50,256 nucleotides of DNA. Source: a virus (taxonomy: Duplodnaviria; Caudoviricetes). This document shows positions 16,410 through 26,114 of the stretch, piece by piece; the stretch's first letter is position 1, and each line of letters begins with the position of its first letter. Made by a program: the position numbers and the translations under genes. Location: IMG/VR virus record IMGVR_UViG_3300005286_000035, positions 1 through 50,256 of that record; one strand, given 5' to 3'. The notes under the pieces were generated by a model. The model saw only the letters and a list, made by a program, of their open reading frames with translations. It made no database searches and was not told where the DNA came from.

Positions 16410-16729
16410 TCTACCTAGCTTCACCTTACACCCACCCGGACATTCATATTCGCATATACCGCTACCAGCGGATGCTGCAAATTGTCGCCGACGAAACCAA
16501 GCGCGGCGAGCTGGTCTACTCCCCGATCGTCCACTACCACCAGGTCGCCCTCAACCATGACCTACCCACCGACTTCGAGTTCTGGCGTGACCTGAACTTC
16601 CAGATGATCGCCTTGTGCACCCGTCTCAAAGTCGTCCGCCTACCGGGCTGGAAAGAATCCAAGGGCGTCCGCGAGGAAGAAGCCTACGCCATCTCGATCT
16701 ACAAACCCGTCTCCCATATCCACGTCTGA
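16406..16729 (+). CDS. DUF1937 / nucleoside deoxyribosyltransferase-like protein
   Basis: MIYLASPYT, VYSPI and GWKESKGVREE motifs. Confidence 0.85.
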   Translation: MIYLASPYTHPDIHIRIYRYQRMLQIVADETKRGELVYSPIVHYHQVALNHDLPTDFEFWRDLNFQMIALCTRLKVVRLPGWKESKGVREEEAYAISIYKPVSHIHV

Positions 16730-17949
16730 TGTCTTTCCTGAAATACTACCGTGAATATACAAGTGGTACTGAGGCACACCCCACCTACCACACCTTTAGC
16801 GCGCTCGTTGCCTTGTCATCTATTGTTTCACGTCGAGTGTGGACTGACATGGGGCACTTCCAAGTATATCCGAATCTATACGTCGTTTTGGTTGGACCGC
16901 CAGGTAACCGCAAGACTTCAGCTATGTCTCCTGCGAAGAACCTACTCAAGGAACTTCGCCAGTTCGCACCATGGCTGGCCTACTCCGCCGATTGTCTAAC
17001 CAAAGAAAAGCTCGTCCTCGACATGAAGGACCGCGAGACCGCCATCGCGGACCTCCCGGAGGAGTTCGCCAACCGGAAAATCTACTCCCCGTTCGTCGTC
17101 ATGGTCACCGAACTCTCCGAGTTCCTCCAAGCTGGCGGTGTGGGTATGATTAACTTCCTCACCACCATCTATGACCAAGACTTCTACGAAATCCGCACCA
17201 AGAACAAAGGCGACACGATCGTCAACGGCCCGTATCTTACTCTGCTCGCCTGTACCACCCCAGACTGGATCACGACATACCTTCGTTCTGACGTTATATC
17301 TGGAGGATTCTCACGTCGGGCTATATTCGTTCTTGAAACAGGTAAATCCGGACGAATTCCGTTTCCCACCATTACACCTGCAATGGCGGAAGCGTGGCAA
17401 CACCTTGTCGCTTACGCTAAGACCCTCCTCAACGTCCGTGGCCCGTTCACCTGGGACCCGGAAGCGAAAGCGTGGTTCGAGCACTGGTACATAACCCTCC
17501 AGATGCCGAATGACCCGATGATCGTCGGTTACTACGAGACCAAGCACATGCAACTCATCAAGGTCGCGATGCTGGTCTCCCTGTCCGAGTCCACCGACAT
17601 GGTCCTCCGCAAGGAACACTTCCTGTTCGGCCTCGAGCTTCTGGGTCTCGCCGAATCCAACCTCTCCCGGGTCTTCGCCGGCATCGGCCGTAACGAACTC
17701 AACGCCGTGGCCAACAAGGCCGTCGAACTCCTGAACATGGCACCCGAAGTCCGTGACGCCAACGGCGCCATCTACCGTGGCCTCCCCGAACGGCGCTTCC
17801 TAGCCATGATGTTCAACCAAGCAAACCAAATGGACATGAACCAAGTCATCCAACACCTCATCGACTCCGGCAAGGCGGTGCGCCTGACGCAATCCGTCGG
17901 CTCCCGAACCATCACCTACATCTGCCTCGCGCCGGTGGACCTCACATGA
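16729..17949 (+). CDS. DUF3987/YfjI-type helicase (406 aa)
   Basis: TGATG-coupled start at 16729; YPNLYVVLVGPPGNRKTS Walker A variant, TELSEFL, LLACTTP and GGFSRR. Confidence 0.85.
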   Translation: MSFLKYYREYTSGTEAHPTYHTFSALVALSSIVSRRVWTDMGHFQVYPNLYVVLVGPPGNRKTSAMSPAKNLLKELRQFAPWLAYSADCLTKEKLVLDMKDRETAIADLPEEFANRKIYSPFVVMVTELSEFLQAGGVGMINFLTTIYDQDFYEIRTKNKGDTIVNGPYLTLLACTTPDWITTYLRSDVISGGFSRRAIFVLETGKSGRIPFPTITPAMAEAWQHLVAYAKTLLNVRGPFTWDPEAKAWFEHWYITLQMPNDPMIVGYYETKHMQLIKVAMLVSLSESTDMVLRKEHFLFGLELLGLAESNLSRVFAGIGRNELNAVANKAVELLNMAPEVRDANGAIYRGLPERRFLAMMFNQANQMDMNQVIQHLIDSGKAVRLTQSVGSRTITYICLAPVDLT

Positions 17950-18713
17950 AGACCGACCGACAAACCTACCGAGACTCAACCCGCGCCGCTGCACTCGCCG
18001 CTGGCTGTGACCTGTGCCAGCTCAAATACGACGGCTGGTGGTCCCGCATCGAAATTATGAACGGCTGGGTACGGTTCTACTCCCGTACCAACCGCAAGTT
18101 CAAGGAGTTCTGTTTCGCCGACGACTCCCTCCAGACCATCCTCATCGGCGAGCACATGCAAGGTACCGAATGGGCATGTGACCCCACCCGCGAGGGCAAG
18201 ACCTACCTCTTCGACATCTGGCGGTACGACGGCGCGGCGCTGTACGACCAGCCCTACTCCCTCCGCTACCGCTTCCTGAAACTCGTCATGGCGCGTCTCC
18301 CTGACACCTTCGCGCTGGTCCAAAACTTCCCCATGTCCGAAGCCGACGCGCTCTGGACCGGGCAGGTCGAAACCGGCGCCTTCGAGGGCCTCGTCTACCG
18401 CCGCAAGGACTCCCACGTCGACGCCCCGCTCTTCCGCGAGAAGAACACTTACACAACCGAACTTCAGGTCATCGGTTTCGTCGAAGGCATGGGCCAACAC
18501 ACCGGTCGCCTCGGCGCCATCATCGGTCGCACCCGCGAAGGTGTCGAGGTCCGTGTCGGCGGTGGCTTCACCGCCCAAGACCGCGAGGAAATCTGGTTCC
18601 TCAAAGACCGCCTCATGGGCAAGTGGTTCGAAGTCGAATCCCGTGGCAAGTTCGAATCCGGCTCCCTCCGCCACCCGAACTTCGTCCGCTGGCGCCGAGA
18701 CCTAGACACATGA
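17946..18713 (+). CDS. ATP-dependent DNA ligase (minimal)
   Basis: KYDG adenylation motif, IGE, YLFDI, FEGLV and an OB-fold with VGGGF...LRHPNF. Confidence 0.92.
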   Translation: MKTDRQTYRDSTRAAALAAGCDLCQLKYDGWWSRIEIMNGWVRFYSRTNRKFKEFCFADDSLQTILIGEHMQGTEWACDPTREGKTYLFDIWRYDGAALYDQPYSLRYRFLKLVMARLPDTFALVQNFPMSEADALWTGQVETGAFEGLVYRRKDSHVDAPLFREKNTYTTELQVIGFVEGMGQHTGRLGAIIGRTREGVEVRVGGGFTAQDREEIWFLKDRLMGKWFEVESRGKFESGSLRHPNFVRWRRDLDT

Positions 18714-19135
18714 AAACCATCATCGCCGGGTCCCGCACCATCCACGACTACGACCTCGTCTCCCGAGTCATAGCCGACTCCGACTTCACCATTACCGAGG
18801 TCTTCTGCGGCCAAGCTGGCGGCGTAGACCTCCTGGGTTGCCGCTGGGCACGCGAACACAACATCCCTGTCAAGTTCTTCCCCGCCGACTGGAAGCAATA
18901 CGGCAAAGTCGCCGGCTTCCTGCGTAACCACGAAATGGCAGCTTTCGCACACCAGCTCATCCTCGTCTGGGACGGTTCCTCCCCCGGCTCCGCCCACATG
19001 TTAAAAATGGCACGCCAATGCGGGCTGCGAGTCTATGCCCACAGCCCGCACCGCGTCGACCACTACGACCTATCAGACGAACTCCGCACCCTTCTGCTCA
19101 AGTCAGCATCGCCGGCCGATACACACCATGCCTAA
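18710..19135 (+). CDS. SLOG-family (YspA/DUF2493) protein
   Basis: MKTIIAGSRT, GQAGGVD, ADWKQYGKVAGFLRNHEM and WDGSSPGS motifs; ATGA-coupled start at 18710. Confidence 0.9.
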   Translation: MKTIIAGSRTIHDYDLVSRVIADSDFTITEVFCGQAGGVDLLGCRWAREHNIPVKFFPADWKQYGKVAGFLRNHEMAAFAHQLILVWDGSSPGSAHMLKMARQCGLRVYAHSPHRVDHYDLSDELRTLLLKSASPADTHHA

Positions 19136-22100
19136 AGCCCCATCATCGAGACCATACGAAGTGCTAGGGACCGTGACATCCCGGATGCGACGAGCTGGTC
19201 CACCACCGCTGCTTGAGCGAGTTCAGCTCCTGGGTCGGCCGGTAGCAAACCAACTTGTGCTTCTAGCCCGAGACGCTGGGTACGACGATCGACTTCTGAC
19301 TGACGTGGAAGTACGCTGGGCGCAAACGTACTTCCGATACGCTGACGCGCTTCGGCGTTGCCAACGGGCCCTCGGGCTAGAAGGTCGTATTCGTTGGTCA
19401 TATTCACCGCTCGCTCAGATATTGCGTGAACGAGCTGCTGCATCTGAGCTTGCGGGTTGTTCGTCGGATTCTTGCGAATCTCGTCCTGAATCCAAGCGTA
19501 GAGGTTCTCGGTCTGGCCGTTGAGCATCTCACGTGCAAGCCCGTCCATTTGCTGGTCCCGGCGTCGGTTGTAGTTCTCGTCAGACTGCTTGATTAACCGC
19601 TGGGCGGAACGCTTGCGAACCAGGTCCGATGGACGGAAGCCGATAGCATACGCCGCGGCTTCCATGTTACTGGGTTGGTACAACAGATTGTTGGACAGGT
19701 CCCGGAAACCGTAGTCCCCGTAGGTCAGCTTAGACCTCGCCAGCTCGACCACATTCTTGAACGCCTGCGGCACCAATGCCGAGGCTGCCTTGCCGGGCTG
19801 ACCCGTGGAGGCGTAGTTCAGGGCGTTAATGAAGTTCTCGACGATGCTGGGCGTCGGCCCGAGCATGTCTTTGAACGAGAACCCGCTGTAAGCCGACGTC
19901 CCGAGGAAGTTGTTTACTCCCATACGGGATGACAGGTCCACCCCAAGGAGCTGACTGGCCGCGCCGGACATGGCCATCTCCGTCAGCATCTTCTGGAACT
20001 CGGACGCGTCTTCATCATCGGCCCCGACCAACGACGCCAAAGCCTCACGCAGTGCCGCTTGCGCGTTCACCCCGAAGACCTTCTCTACCACCGCCAGCGC
20101 GGCACCGGCAAAAGGCAACCCCATGGCACCTGCGAAGACGACCTGGGTTGCTGTCATTACCCCCAGCGCCTTACGGGCCTGCATCTTCTGGCCAGGACTC
20201 AGCTTCTTGTCCGACGCGATAGACTGGCTCGCCAATTCCGCATACAACCCAACCAGTCCCATGCCATACTGCTGCAACGTGTGCACCAGCCCCAGCGTGG
20301 ACCTGGTATTCTCGTTAGACCAAGCCGCCAAATACCCAGGCTGGTTGGCCTTGCCGCCGCCGAACATACTCAGATCCTTCGTGTGGCGTGCGTGGTTGTA
20401 CGCATCCAACCCAGTCTTCCCCAGTGCCTGCGCTTGGTTCAACCCGGTGAGGAACGCCAGCTTCTGGTTCATATTAGACATATGCCCATAGAACCACATC
20501 ATCTTCTGAGCGACCAAGTACGCCCCGTCCCGGAACATACCCGTGAGCGTCTTGTCCGCACGGTCACCGCGGCCGAACTTACTCGCCAGCAACAGCTCCT
20601 GATCGCGGCCGTAGTTGTAATCGTGAATCGCCCCGAAGTCGAGGATACCATCGCGTACCGCCCGGCGATACCAGACCGCCTTGGTTTCCTCAGGCGTCAG
20701 CTTCGTGTTCCCCAGACGGAACTTAGCCTCCGCTGACGCGGCGAGCCTGTCGATCTGGGCCTGGTTACTCGGGCGCATGACCCACACCAGGTCCTTGACC
20801 GACTGCCCAACCAGCTTGTACGCATCAGCGATGGATTGAGTCCCGCGGGAGAGGATGACGGGTACCAGCGTCTGCGCGGCCTGGGTACCTTCCACGATCA
20901 TCGAGGAGAAGTTCAGGCCGAGGTAGTACGCACTCGTCATCGCCTTGAGCGTCTGGAACTCCTGACTCGCCGGCGTCATCAGCGCATCCAACTGCTCCTT
21001 GACGAGCAACTGGAAGTCCTCCTGATTCTTCGCCCGCGGGTCCGACAGGATCATGTCGACCTCCTGACGCACCGCACGCTTGGCGGTAGCACCCGCCATC
21101 GAGGCGACATACTGCCGCATCGAGTCGAAGTAGTCGTGGCCCAGCGCGGCGGGGACTTCCTTACGTGTCGCCATGAACTTGCTGACACCACGCAGGGTCA
21201 ACTGCTTGCCAACCTCAGCGCCGGGCTGGTAGGTCGCACGTAGGGAGTCGATGACATCCTGACTCAACCCCGAAGGGTTGGTGTTCAGATACCGCTCGAA
21301 GGCACGTTCCTCGATTTCGGTGTACCGCTCGAGAATCTGCTCCGGTGCGTCGAAGTTGGCGAGCTGGTTGATGTCATACTTGTCCAGCACCTGCATCACC
21401 TGGAACCCCTTGGCCTCGATCTGCTTGGACCGGGCGCTGGCGTGCTCGCGTGAATCCGCACCGTCCCAAGTGATCTCACCAGACTGCGTGTTCTTGGCTT
21501 TGATCAGATACCGCCCCGGTCGAGTCTCCGACGCAAACCACGGACGCCCGGCCAGCCTGGCCTGTAGATTCCGAATCGACGCCAGGAGGCCGTCGTTCAT
21601 GATGGACATGACCGCGTTCTGCGTGTCCGGGTGCAATGTCGCCATCGCAGCCTGGGCACCGGGCAGGTCGTTATTCATCAGGGACGTAACCACCCCGCCA
21701 GCCATCAACTGGGCCTGGTCATAGGGCAGCCCCTTACTGCGGCCCATGATTAACTTGGCCACACGCCACGTGACCGTGCTGCGCTGAGAGTCAATCAGCA
21801 CGCCAGCGCCGATCTGGTAGACCTCCATCATCTTGACCAGTCCGGACAGCGCCATTTGCCGCTTCTCCACCGGCAGCGCCGACATGATCTGGTCGAACTC
21901 AGGCTTGCCGGCGACGTTCGGTTGCCACTGGCCGTTAACCTGCTCGACCATCATGGTCTGCTTACGCTGCTGCCATTCGAGCATCTTGTTGACCGCTGTG
22001 CGCACCTGTGGGTCCTTCGCGGCACGCAGCGCGAGGTTGTCCGGGTCGAATACCCGCCGGCCATGTGCATCCGTCGTCAGGAACGGGCTCAACAGCGCCG

Positions 22101-25100
22101 AGGACACCCGGGCCATCTTGGGGTGCAGGTCCATCAGGGAGTTCTGTACCGAATCAGCCAGCGGTAGGCCCATACGACGGAACCGCTGTAGCGTCTGGTA
22201 CATCGGCGTAAGCCGCTTGAACCACCAGCCGACATCGATCGGGTCCACCGGACCAACCTTTTGGTACGACGCCTGCGGCACGAATCCCATGAGGGTCTGC
22301 TGGGCCTTCGAGAAGGTCATGTGGATGCTCTCGGGAGCCTCCACACCGAACAGCTTCGCCAGGTCCTTGACCTCATTCGACGGGCGGACGATCACCGGCG
22401 GGGACTTGATGCCACCGAGACCGGTTTCCAGCGCTGTGACAATCTGTTCAGCCTGAGCCACCGCTGATGCTGGGTCAATACCAACCAGCATCTCGCGAGA
22501 CCTCTCAATAAGCCGTGCCAGGTCACGGGAAATGTACTCCCAATCACCAATCCTACCACGAATCTGTGACCGGAACACGTCAGTCGACCGATTGAAATAC
22601 GGATTCAACTCCTCATTCGTGAGCGCCTCGTGTAGTGCACCCACATGGTCCGTAATATCCCGGTAGAAACCCTTGGCAAACATCTGCACCTCTTCGGGCA
22701 TGTGATTGAAGACGGTACTCGAGTTGACCTTCATGTTGTTACCGCCAGTCAGCAACCCCACACCAATCATCTGGCCAAGGACGTTGACAAACTCGTACGC
22801 ACCGAGGGCTGTCTGCGCTTGTGAGCCATACGCCAGCGACCCAGCGAGGATCTTGTTAATCGACCCGTCCGGGTTGAACATCATTTCCTCCGGAATCGTC
22901 GCACGAGCGACAGTTTCCAGGATCAGGTACTTCTGCGCGGGCTTGTACCAATGCGCCGCGTCCTGTATTGCAGCCCAGGCTTGGGCGCGCTGACGCATCA
23001 GCCCGTCAAGCTCGCGACTAGCAATGTCGTGCATACCCACCCGTTCCTCGATGCCGTGGATCAGCTCGTGCACCAGCGTCGCCAGCATCTCATACGCAAC
23101 AAGTCCGCGTGGGCTGTTACCTGCGGTATGGTTCATCGCCAGCATCAGGACCGACCTGGGTCCCTTGTCAGCATACTGCACCATCCCGAACGTACCCAGC
23201 GTCGACAACTCTTCGAACACACGGCCCATGGCCTTGGTCGCGTCACCGGCGGACTGGACATATGCATTGTCGTCCAGCTTAGAAACGACCACCTGGACAT
23301 CCTTCATGCGCTGGAGAATGGTCAACCCCAGCTTCGAGAAGTGCGTAGCCACGTCCGGCGTGTACCCCAGCCGCATGTAGAACCCTTTGAACAGCCGGCC
23401 CACGTCGAACTTGGTGGTCCCAGTCGTCTCGGAGAAGTCAGGCCGTGGCCGCGGGTCATCTCCTTCACCACCACCCGACCGCGCCGTCGGCGGCTCGACC
23501 CCAGCCCACTTGGCCGTCGCCCGGACAATCTCCTCAGTCACCTGATCCGTCGTCTTCCCACTGACACGCAGGAAGTCACGTACCGCCATCCTGAGATTGC
23601 GGAACTCCCCACCCGGCAGCGGCTTGTGGTTCACCGCCTGCATGAAGGCACGTCCGGCCTCGCCGACCTGGCCTTGACCCTCATCCCCCTTAGCCACCGT
23701 GGGTCCAGCCTCCAGAAGTGCCTTAACCAACAACACCGCCTTGTCCTTCTTGTTAGCCTCGACGTTCGGGTACACATTCTTGCCCGGAGGCGCGAAGGCG
23801 TGACGAATCGCAGGCCAGAGGTCTTCCGGTTTGGCTGCGTCCAGCTTGGGCTGAATGACACCCAGCATCCGCTCGGCGTCAGACTCGGGAATCCCGTCGA
23901 AGTGTGTCTTGGCGTGTTTCTGGAGAAGCTGGTCTTCCGGCGTCGGGGCCTCGACCGTCTCGTCATCCGGATTCTCGGACACCTGGTCCTGCTCCAACTC
24001 CGGTCGATCAATCACCTCCCCTTCGTCGTCGAAGATGACTTCATACGTCGGCGAGTCAACGTCCCCACCCTCGACCACGTCGGACATCGCAATCTCCTTC
24101 TGGGACTTGGCACCGATGCGCGATGCCTTGTACACACTCCGCTTACCCGTAATCAGGTCGCGCAGGGTGTTCTCAGCCTCACCAGGGACCACAATCGTCT
24201 CGCGCTGGTCGGTGATTCCGTCCTTGTCCTTCTTACCAAACTCAGGATTCGGCACCCGCTTGCGACTGGGCAGGACCACCACCGTGTCCAACAAGCCCTT
24301 AACCGCCACGTTCGGGTTCTTGGCCAGCGCCTGGAGCATATACCCCGCCTCCTCAGCGAACGCTGGTGCCCGGAAGAACTTGCTCCCGGTGTCGTTCTGG
24401 TCCAGCTCGATGAACCGGCGCAGGATCGCCTCGCGGATTGTCAGATCCCCTTCCTTGGTCTTCGTATCGTCCAGGTACTTCTTCTGGCCGGACGGCCTGT
24501 CCAGCAGCTTGCCCAGGTCCGACCCCTCCGGTTCCGTCAGCGCACCAAACAGCGGCGCCAACTTCTCACGCAACGCGAAATCCTTCACCGCCGTTGGCGT
24601 GGACTCGATCGACAGGCGCGTGTTCACCGCAGCACGCTCGGACTTGGCCACCTCCGCGTGCATGAGCAACTGGTTAACAACCTTCTGAGTCGTCACCCGC
24701 CAAGCGTCGCCATCATGGTTCGTCAGGGACCGGATGGTCTCTTCGTCCAGACTCTTCTTGATCCACTTGGCGTCCGGACGCTCGAGGAACCCGTCCCGGA
24801 TGTACTGCTGAATCGCAGCCCCGGACGTCAACGTCCCTTCATGCTCGGACTCGAAGAACGGGTCACGTTCGGCGTTGGCGGTGTCAATCTGCCGTACCGC
24901 ACGCTCGAACAGGTCATTCGCCAGCGCTGTGAGCTGGACGAACTCCTCCGGGGACACGTCTCCACCCTGCGACATCGCACGAACCGCCGCTTTCTCCGCC
25001 AACGAAGCGTTGGGATTGAACCCACGCGAAGCCATGTACTTATTAACCAGCTCGTTCGTCATGGCAGTACGAACTTCGGGCCGGGTTTCACGCGAAATAT

Positions 25101-26112
25101 CGCGCAAGTTACTGGACATAAGCTCAACAGCCCAGTCGTTCGGGATACTCGGACGACCTGACGCGCGCACCGCAGCGTCGATTGGGTCCTGGCCGGGCTC
25201 GACCACAAGACCACGGGCTTGCAAGTTCTCGTTAGCCCATTCCATCAACACGTCCGTAGCCCGGACGTTGTAGGGCTTGTTACGCTCAACGAAGGTACGG
25301 ACGCCGGTTGGCACCGCCTGCAAGACACCACCCGCCCCCATGGCCGCTACGTTCTCCACCGTGAACGGATTCCGGGACTCATCCAGCAATGGGACGCCCT
25401 GCGCCGTAAGGACAGCCTGCCGGGTCAGCTCGTTCGCAGCCACACCACCCGCTGCTTCACCAGCAATAGCGGCGGCATTGGTCCGCAACCTCGCACCCGG
25501 AGCCTCCAACGTAGCGAGATCCTTCGCTGTTGCAGTCTCCAACTTATTCAGCACCGGATTTGCAGCACGGGTGGCCAGACGTCCAGCACGCTCGACGAGC
25601 TGGTCCGCCGCTGGCATGGCCGCACCATACACCGCGCCCACCAACGGGTTATCCGTCTCTGTATACCCACGCACCGCCGCGTCCAGCATCGACGCATACC
25701 GCCCCACCTTAGCCGCCTTGGACAGTGCGCCCGCGCCACCCGTCGCTACCATGAACGGCACGCCCTCGATCAAATCACGTGGCAACTCCCGACCAATCTC
25801 CTGAAACACGGGCGTGATCCGCCCATCGGTACCCAGCACCCGATCCGCGCCGGTACCAACCATCTCACCAATCCAGCCCGTCACATCGCTCACCGGCGTC
25901 AGGGCGCGATCCACCGCAGCCGACCCGCTCTTGACAAAGTTCGGATTGTACGCCTGGGTCCGCTTCTGAACACCCTCTCGGGCGTCCATCTCGCGGGCGA
26001 AGGTGCCCAGGTCTACCGGGTCACCGTTCGGATTTGCCGTGATCCAGTTCCGGTACTCATTCTCGATGTCAACGTACCGGAGTGGGCTAACCTGCTGTTG
26101 CAAAGGGTTCAT
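19132..26112 (-). CDS. Giant virion/ejection (large polyvalent) protein, 2326 aa, with a zincin-like HExxH
   Basis: Last gene of the structural arm. LVHELIHG at ~23056-23070; hydrophobic C-terminal segments and GVDLSSRMG resemble podophage inner-core proteins. Confidence 0.8.
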   Translation of the reverse strand: MNPLQQQVSPLRYVDIENEYRNWITANPNGDPVDLGTFAREMDAREGVQKRTQAYNPNFVKSGSAAVDRALTPVSDVTGWIGEMVGTGADRVLGTDGRITPVFQEIGRELPRDLIEGVPFMVATGGAGALSKAAKVGRYASMLDAAVRGYTETDNPLVGAVYGAAMPAADQLVERAGRLATRAANPVLNKLETATAKDLATLEAPGARLRTNAAAIAGEAAGGVAANELTRQAVLTAQGVPLLDESRNPFTVENVAAMGAGGVLQAVPTGVRTFVERNKPYNVRATDVLMEWANENLQARGLVVEPGQDPIDAAVRASGRPSIPNDWAVELMSSNLRDISRETRPEVRTAMTNELVNKYMASRGFNPNASLAEKAAVRAMSQGGDVSPEEFVQLTALANDLFERAVRQIDTANAERDPFFESEHEGTLTSGAAIQQYIRDGFLERPDAKWIKKSLDEETIRSLTNHDGDAWRVTTQKVVNQLLMHAEVAKSERAAVNTRLSIESTPTAVKDFALREKLAPLFGALTEPEGSDLGKLLDRPSGQKKYLDDTKTKEGDLTIREAILRRFIELDQNDTGSKFFRAPAFAEEAGYMLQALAKNPNVAVKGLLDTVVVLPSRKRVPNPEFGKKDKDGITDQRETIVVPGEAENTLRDLITGKRSVYKASRIGAKSQKEIAMSDVVEGGDVDSPTYEVIFDDEGEVIDRPELEQDQVSENPDDETVEAPTPEDQLLQKHAKTHFDGIPESDAERMLGVIQPKLDAAKPEDLWPAIRHAFAPPGKNVYPNVEANKKDKAVLLVKALLEAGPTVAKGDEGQGQVGEAGRAFMQAVNHKPLPGGEFRNLRMAVRDFLRVSGKTTDQVTEEIVRATAKWAGVEPPTARSGGGEGDDPRPRPDFSETTGTTKFDVGRLFKGFYMRLGYTPDVATHFSKLGLTILQRMKDVQVVVSKLDDNAYVQSAGDATKAMGRVFEELSTLGTFGMVQYADKGPRSVLMLAMNHTAGNSPRGLVAYEMLATLVHELIHGIEERVGMHDIASRELDGLMRQRAQAWAAIQDAAHWYKPAQKYLILETVARATIPEEMMFNPDGSINKILAGSLAYGSQAQTALGAYEFVNVLGQMIGVGLLTGGNNMKVNSSTVFNHMPEEVQMFAKGFYRDITDHVGALHEALTNEELNPYFNRSTDVFRSQIRGRIGDWEYISRDLARLIERSREMLVGIDPASAVAQAEQIVTALETGLGGIKSPPVIVRPSNEVKDLAKLFGVEAPESIHMTFSKAQQTLMGFVPQASYQKVGPVDPIDVGWWFKRLTPMYQTLQRFRRMGLPLADSVQNSLMDLHPKMARVSSALLSPFLTTDAHGRRVFDPDNLALRAAKDPQVRTAVNKMLEWQQRKQTMMVEQVNGQWQPNVAGKPEFDQIMSALPVEKRQMALSGLVKMMEVYQIGAGVLIDSQRSTVTWRVAKLIMGRSKGLPYDQAQLMAGGVVTSLMNNDLPGAQAAMATLHPDTQNAVMSIMNDGLLASIRNLQARLAGRPWFASETRPGRYLIKAKNTQSGEITWDGADSREHASARSKQIEAKGFQVMQVLDKYDINQLANFDAPEQILERYTEIEERAFERYLNTNPSGLSQDVIDSLRATYQPGAEVGKQLTLRGVSKFMATRKEVPAALGHDYFDSMRQYVASMAGATAKRAVRQEVDMILSDPRAKNQEDFQLLVKEQLDALMTPASQEFQTLKAMTSAYYLGLNFSSMIVEGTQAAQTLVPVILSRGTQSIADAYKLVGQSVKDLVWVMRPSNQAQIDRLAASAEAKFRLGNTKLTPEETKAVWYRRAVRDGILDFGAIHDYNYGRDQELLLASKFGRGDRADKTLTGMFRDGAYLVAQKMMWFYGHMSNMNQKLAFLTGLNQAQALGKTGLDAYNHARHTKDLSMFGGGKANQPGYLAAWSNENTRSTLGLVHTLQQYGMGLVGLYAELASQSIASDKKLSPGQKMQARKALGVMTATQVVFAGAMGLPFAGAALAVVEKVFGVNAQAALREALASLVGADDEDASEFQKMLTEMAMSGAASQLLGVDLSSRMGVNNFLGTSAYSGFSFKDMLGPTPSIVENFINALNYASTGQPGKAASALVPQAFKNVVELARSKLTYGDYGFRDLSNNLLYQPSNMEAAAYAIGFRPSDLVRKRSAQRLIKQSDENYNRRRDQQMDGLAREMLNGQTENLYAWIQDEIRKNPTNNPQAQMQQLVHAISERAVNMTNEYDLLARGPVGNAEARQRIGSTFAPSVLPRQSEVDRRTQRLGLEAQVGLLPADPGAELAQAAVVDQLVASGMSRSLALRMVSMMGL

Positions 26113-26114
26113 GT

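Noticed and set aside
15942-16729. Z-genome or other hypermodified-base pathway
   Set aside because: No PurZ, DatZ-like HD protein, thymidylate synthase homologue, 7-deazaguanine genes or glycosyltransferase was recognised.
19035-19523. + strand ORF continuing past the SLOG gene
   Set aside because: It is antisense to the C-terminus of the 2326-aa gene with no family motif, so it is probably a shadow frame.
22951-25161. Long antisense ORFs (736 aa here; also 31181-32827, 7686-9011, 26157-27227)
   Set aside because: These are expected shadows of GC-rich, codon-biased genes; their products are Arg/His/Val-rich and not protein-like.
19132-26112. N4-like or crAss-like virion RNA polymerase
   Set aside because: No DxDGD/DxDxD-type or T7-like catalytic motifs were seen, and the protein is much shorter than the N4 virion RNA polymerase.
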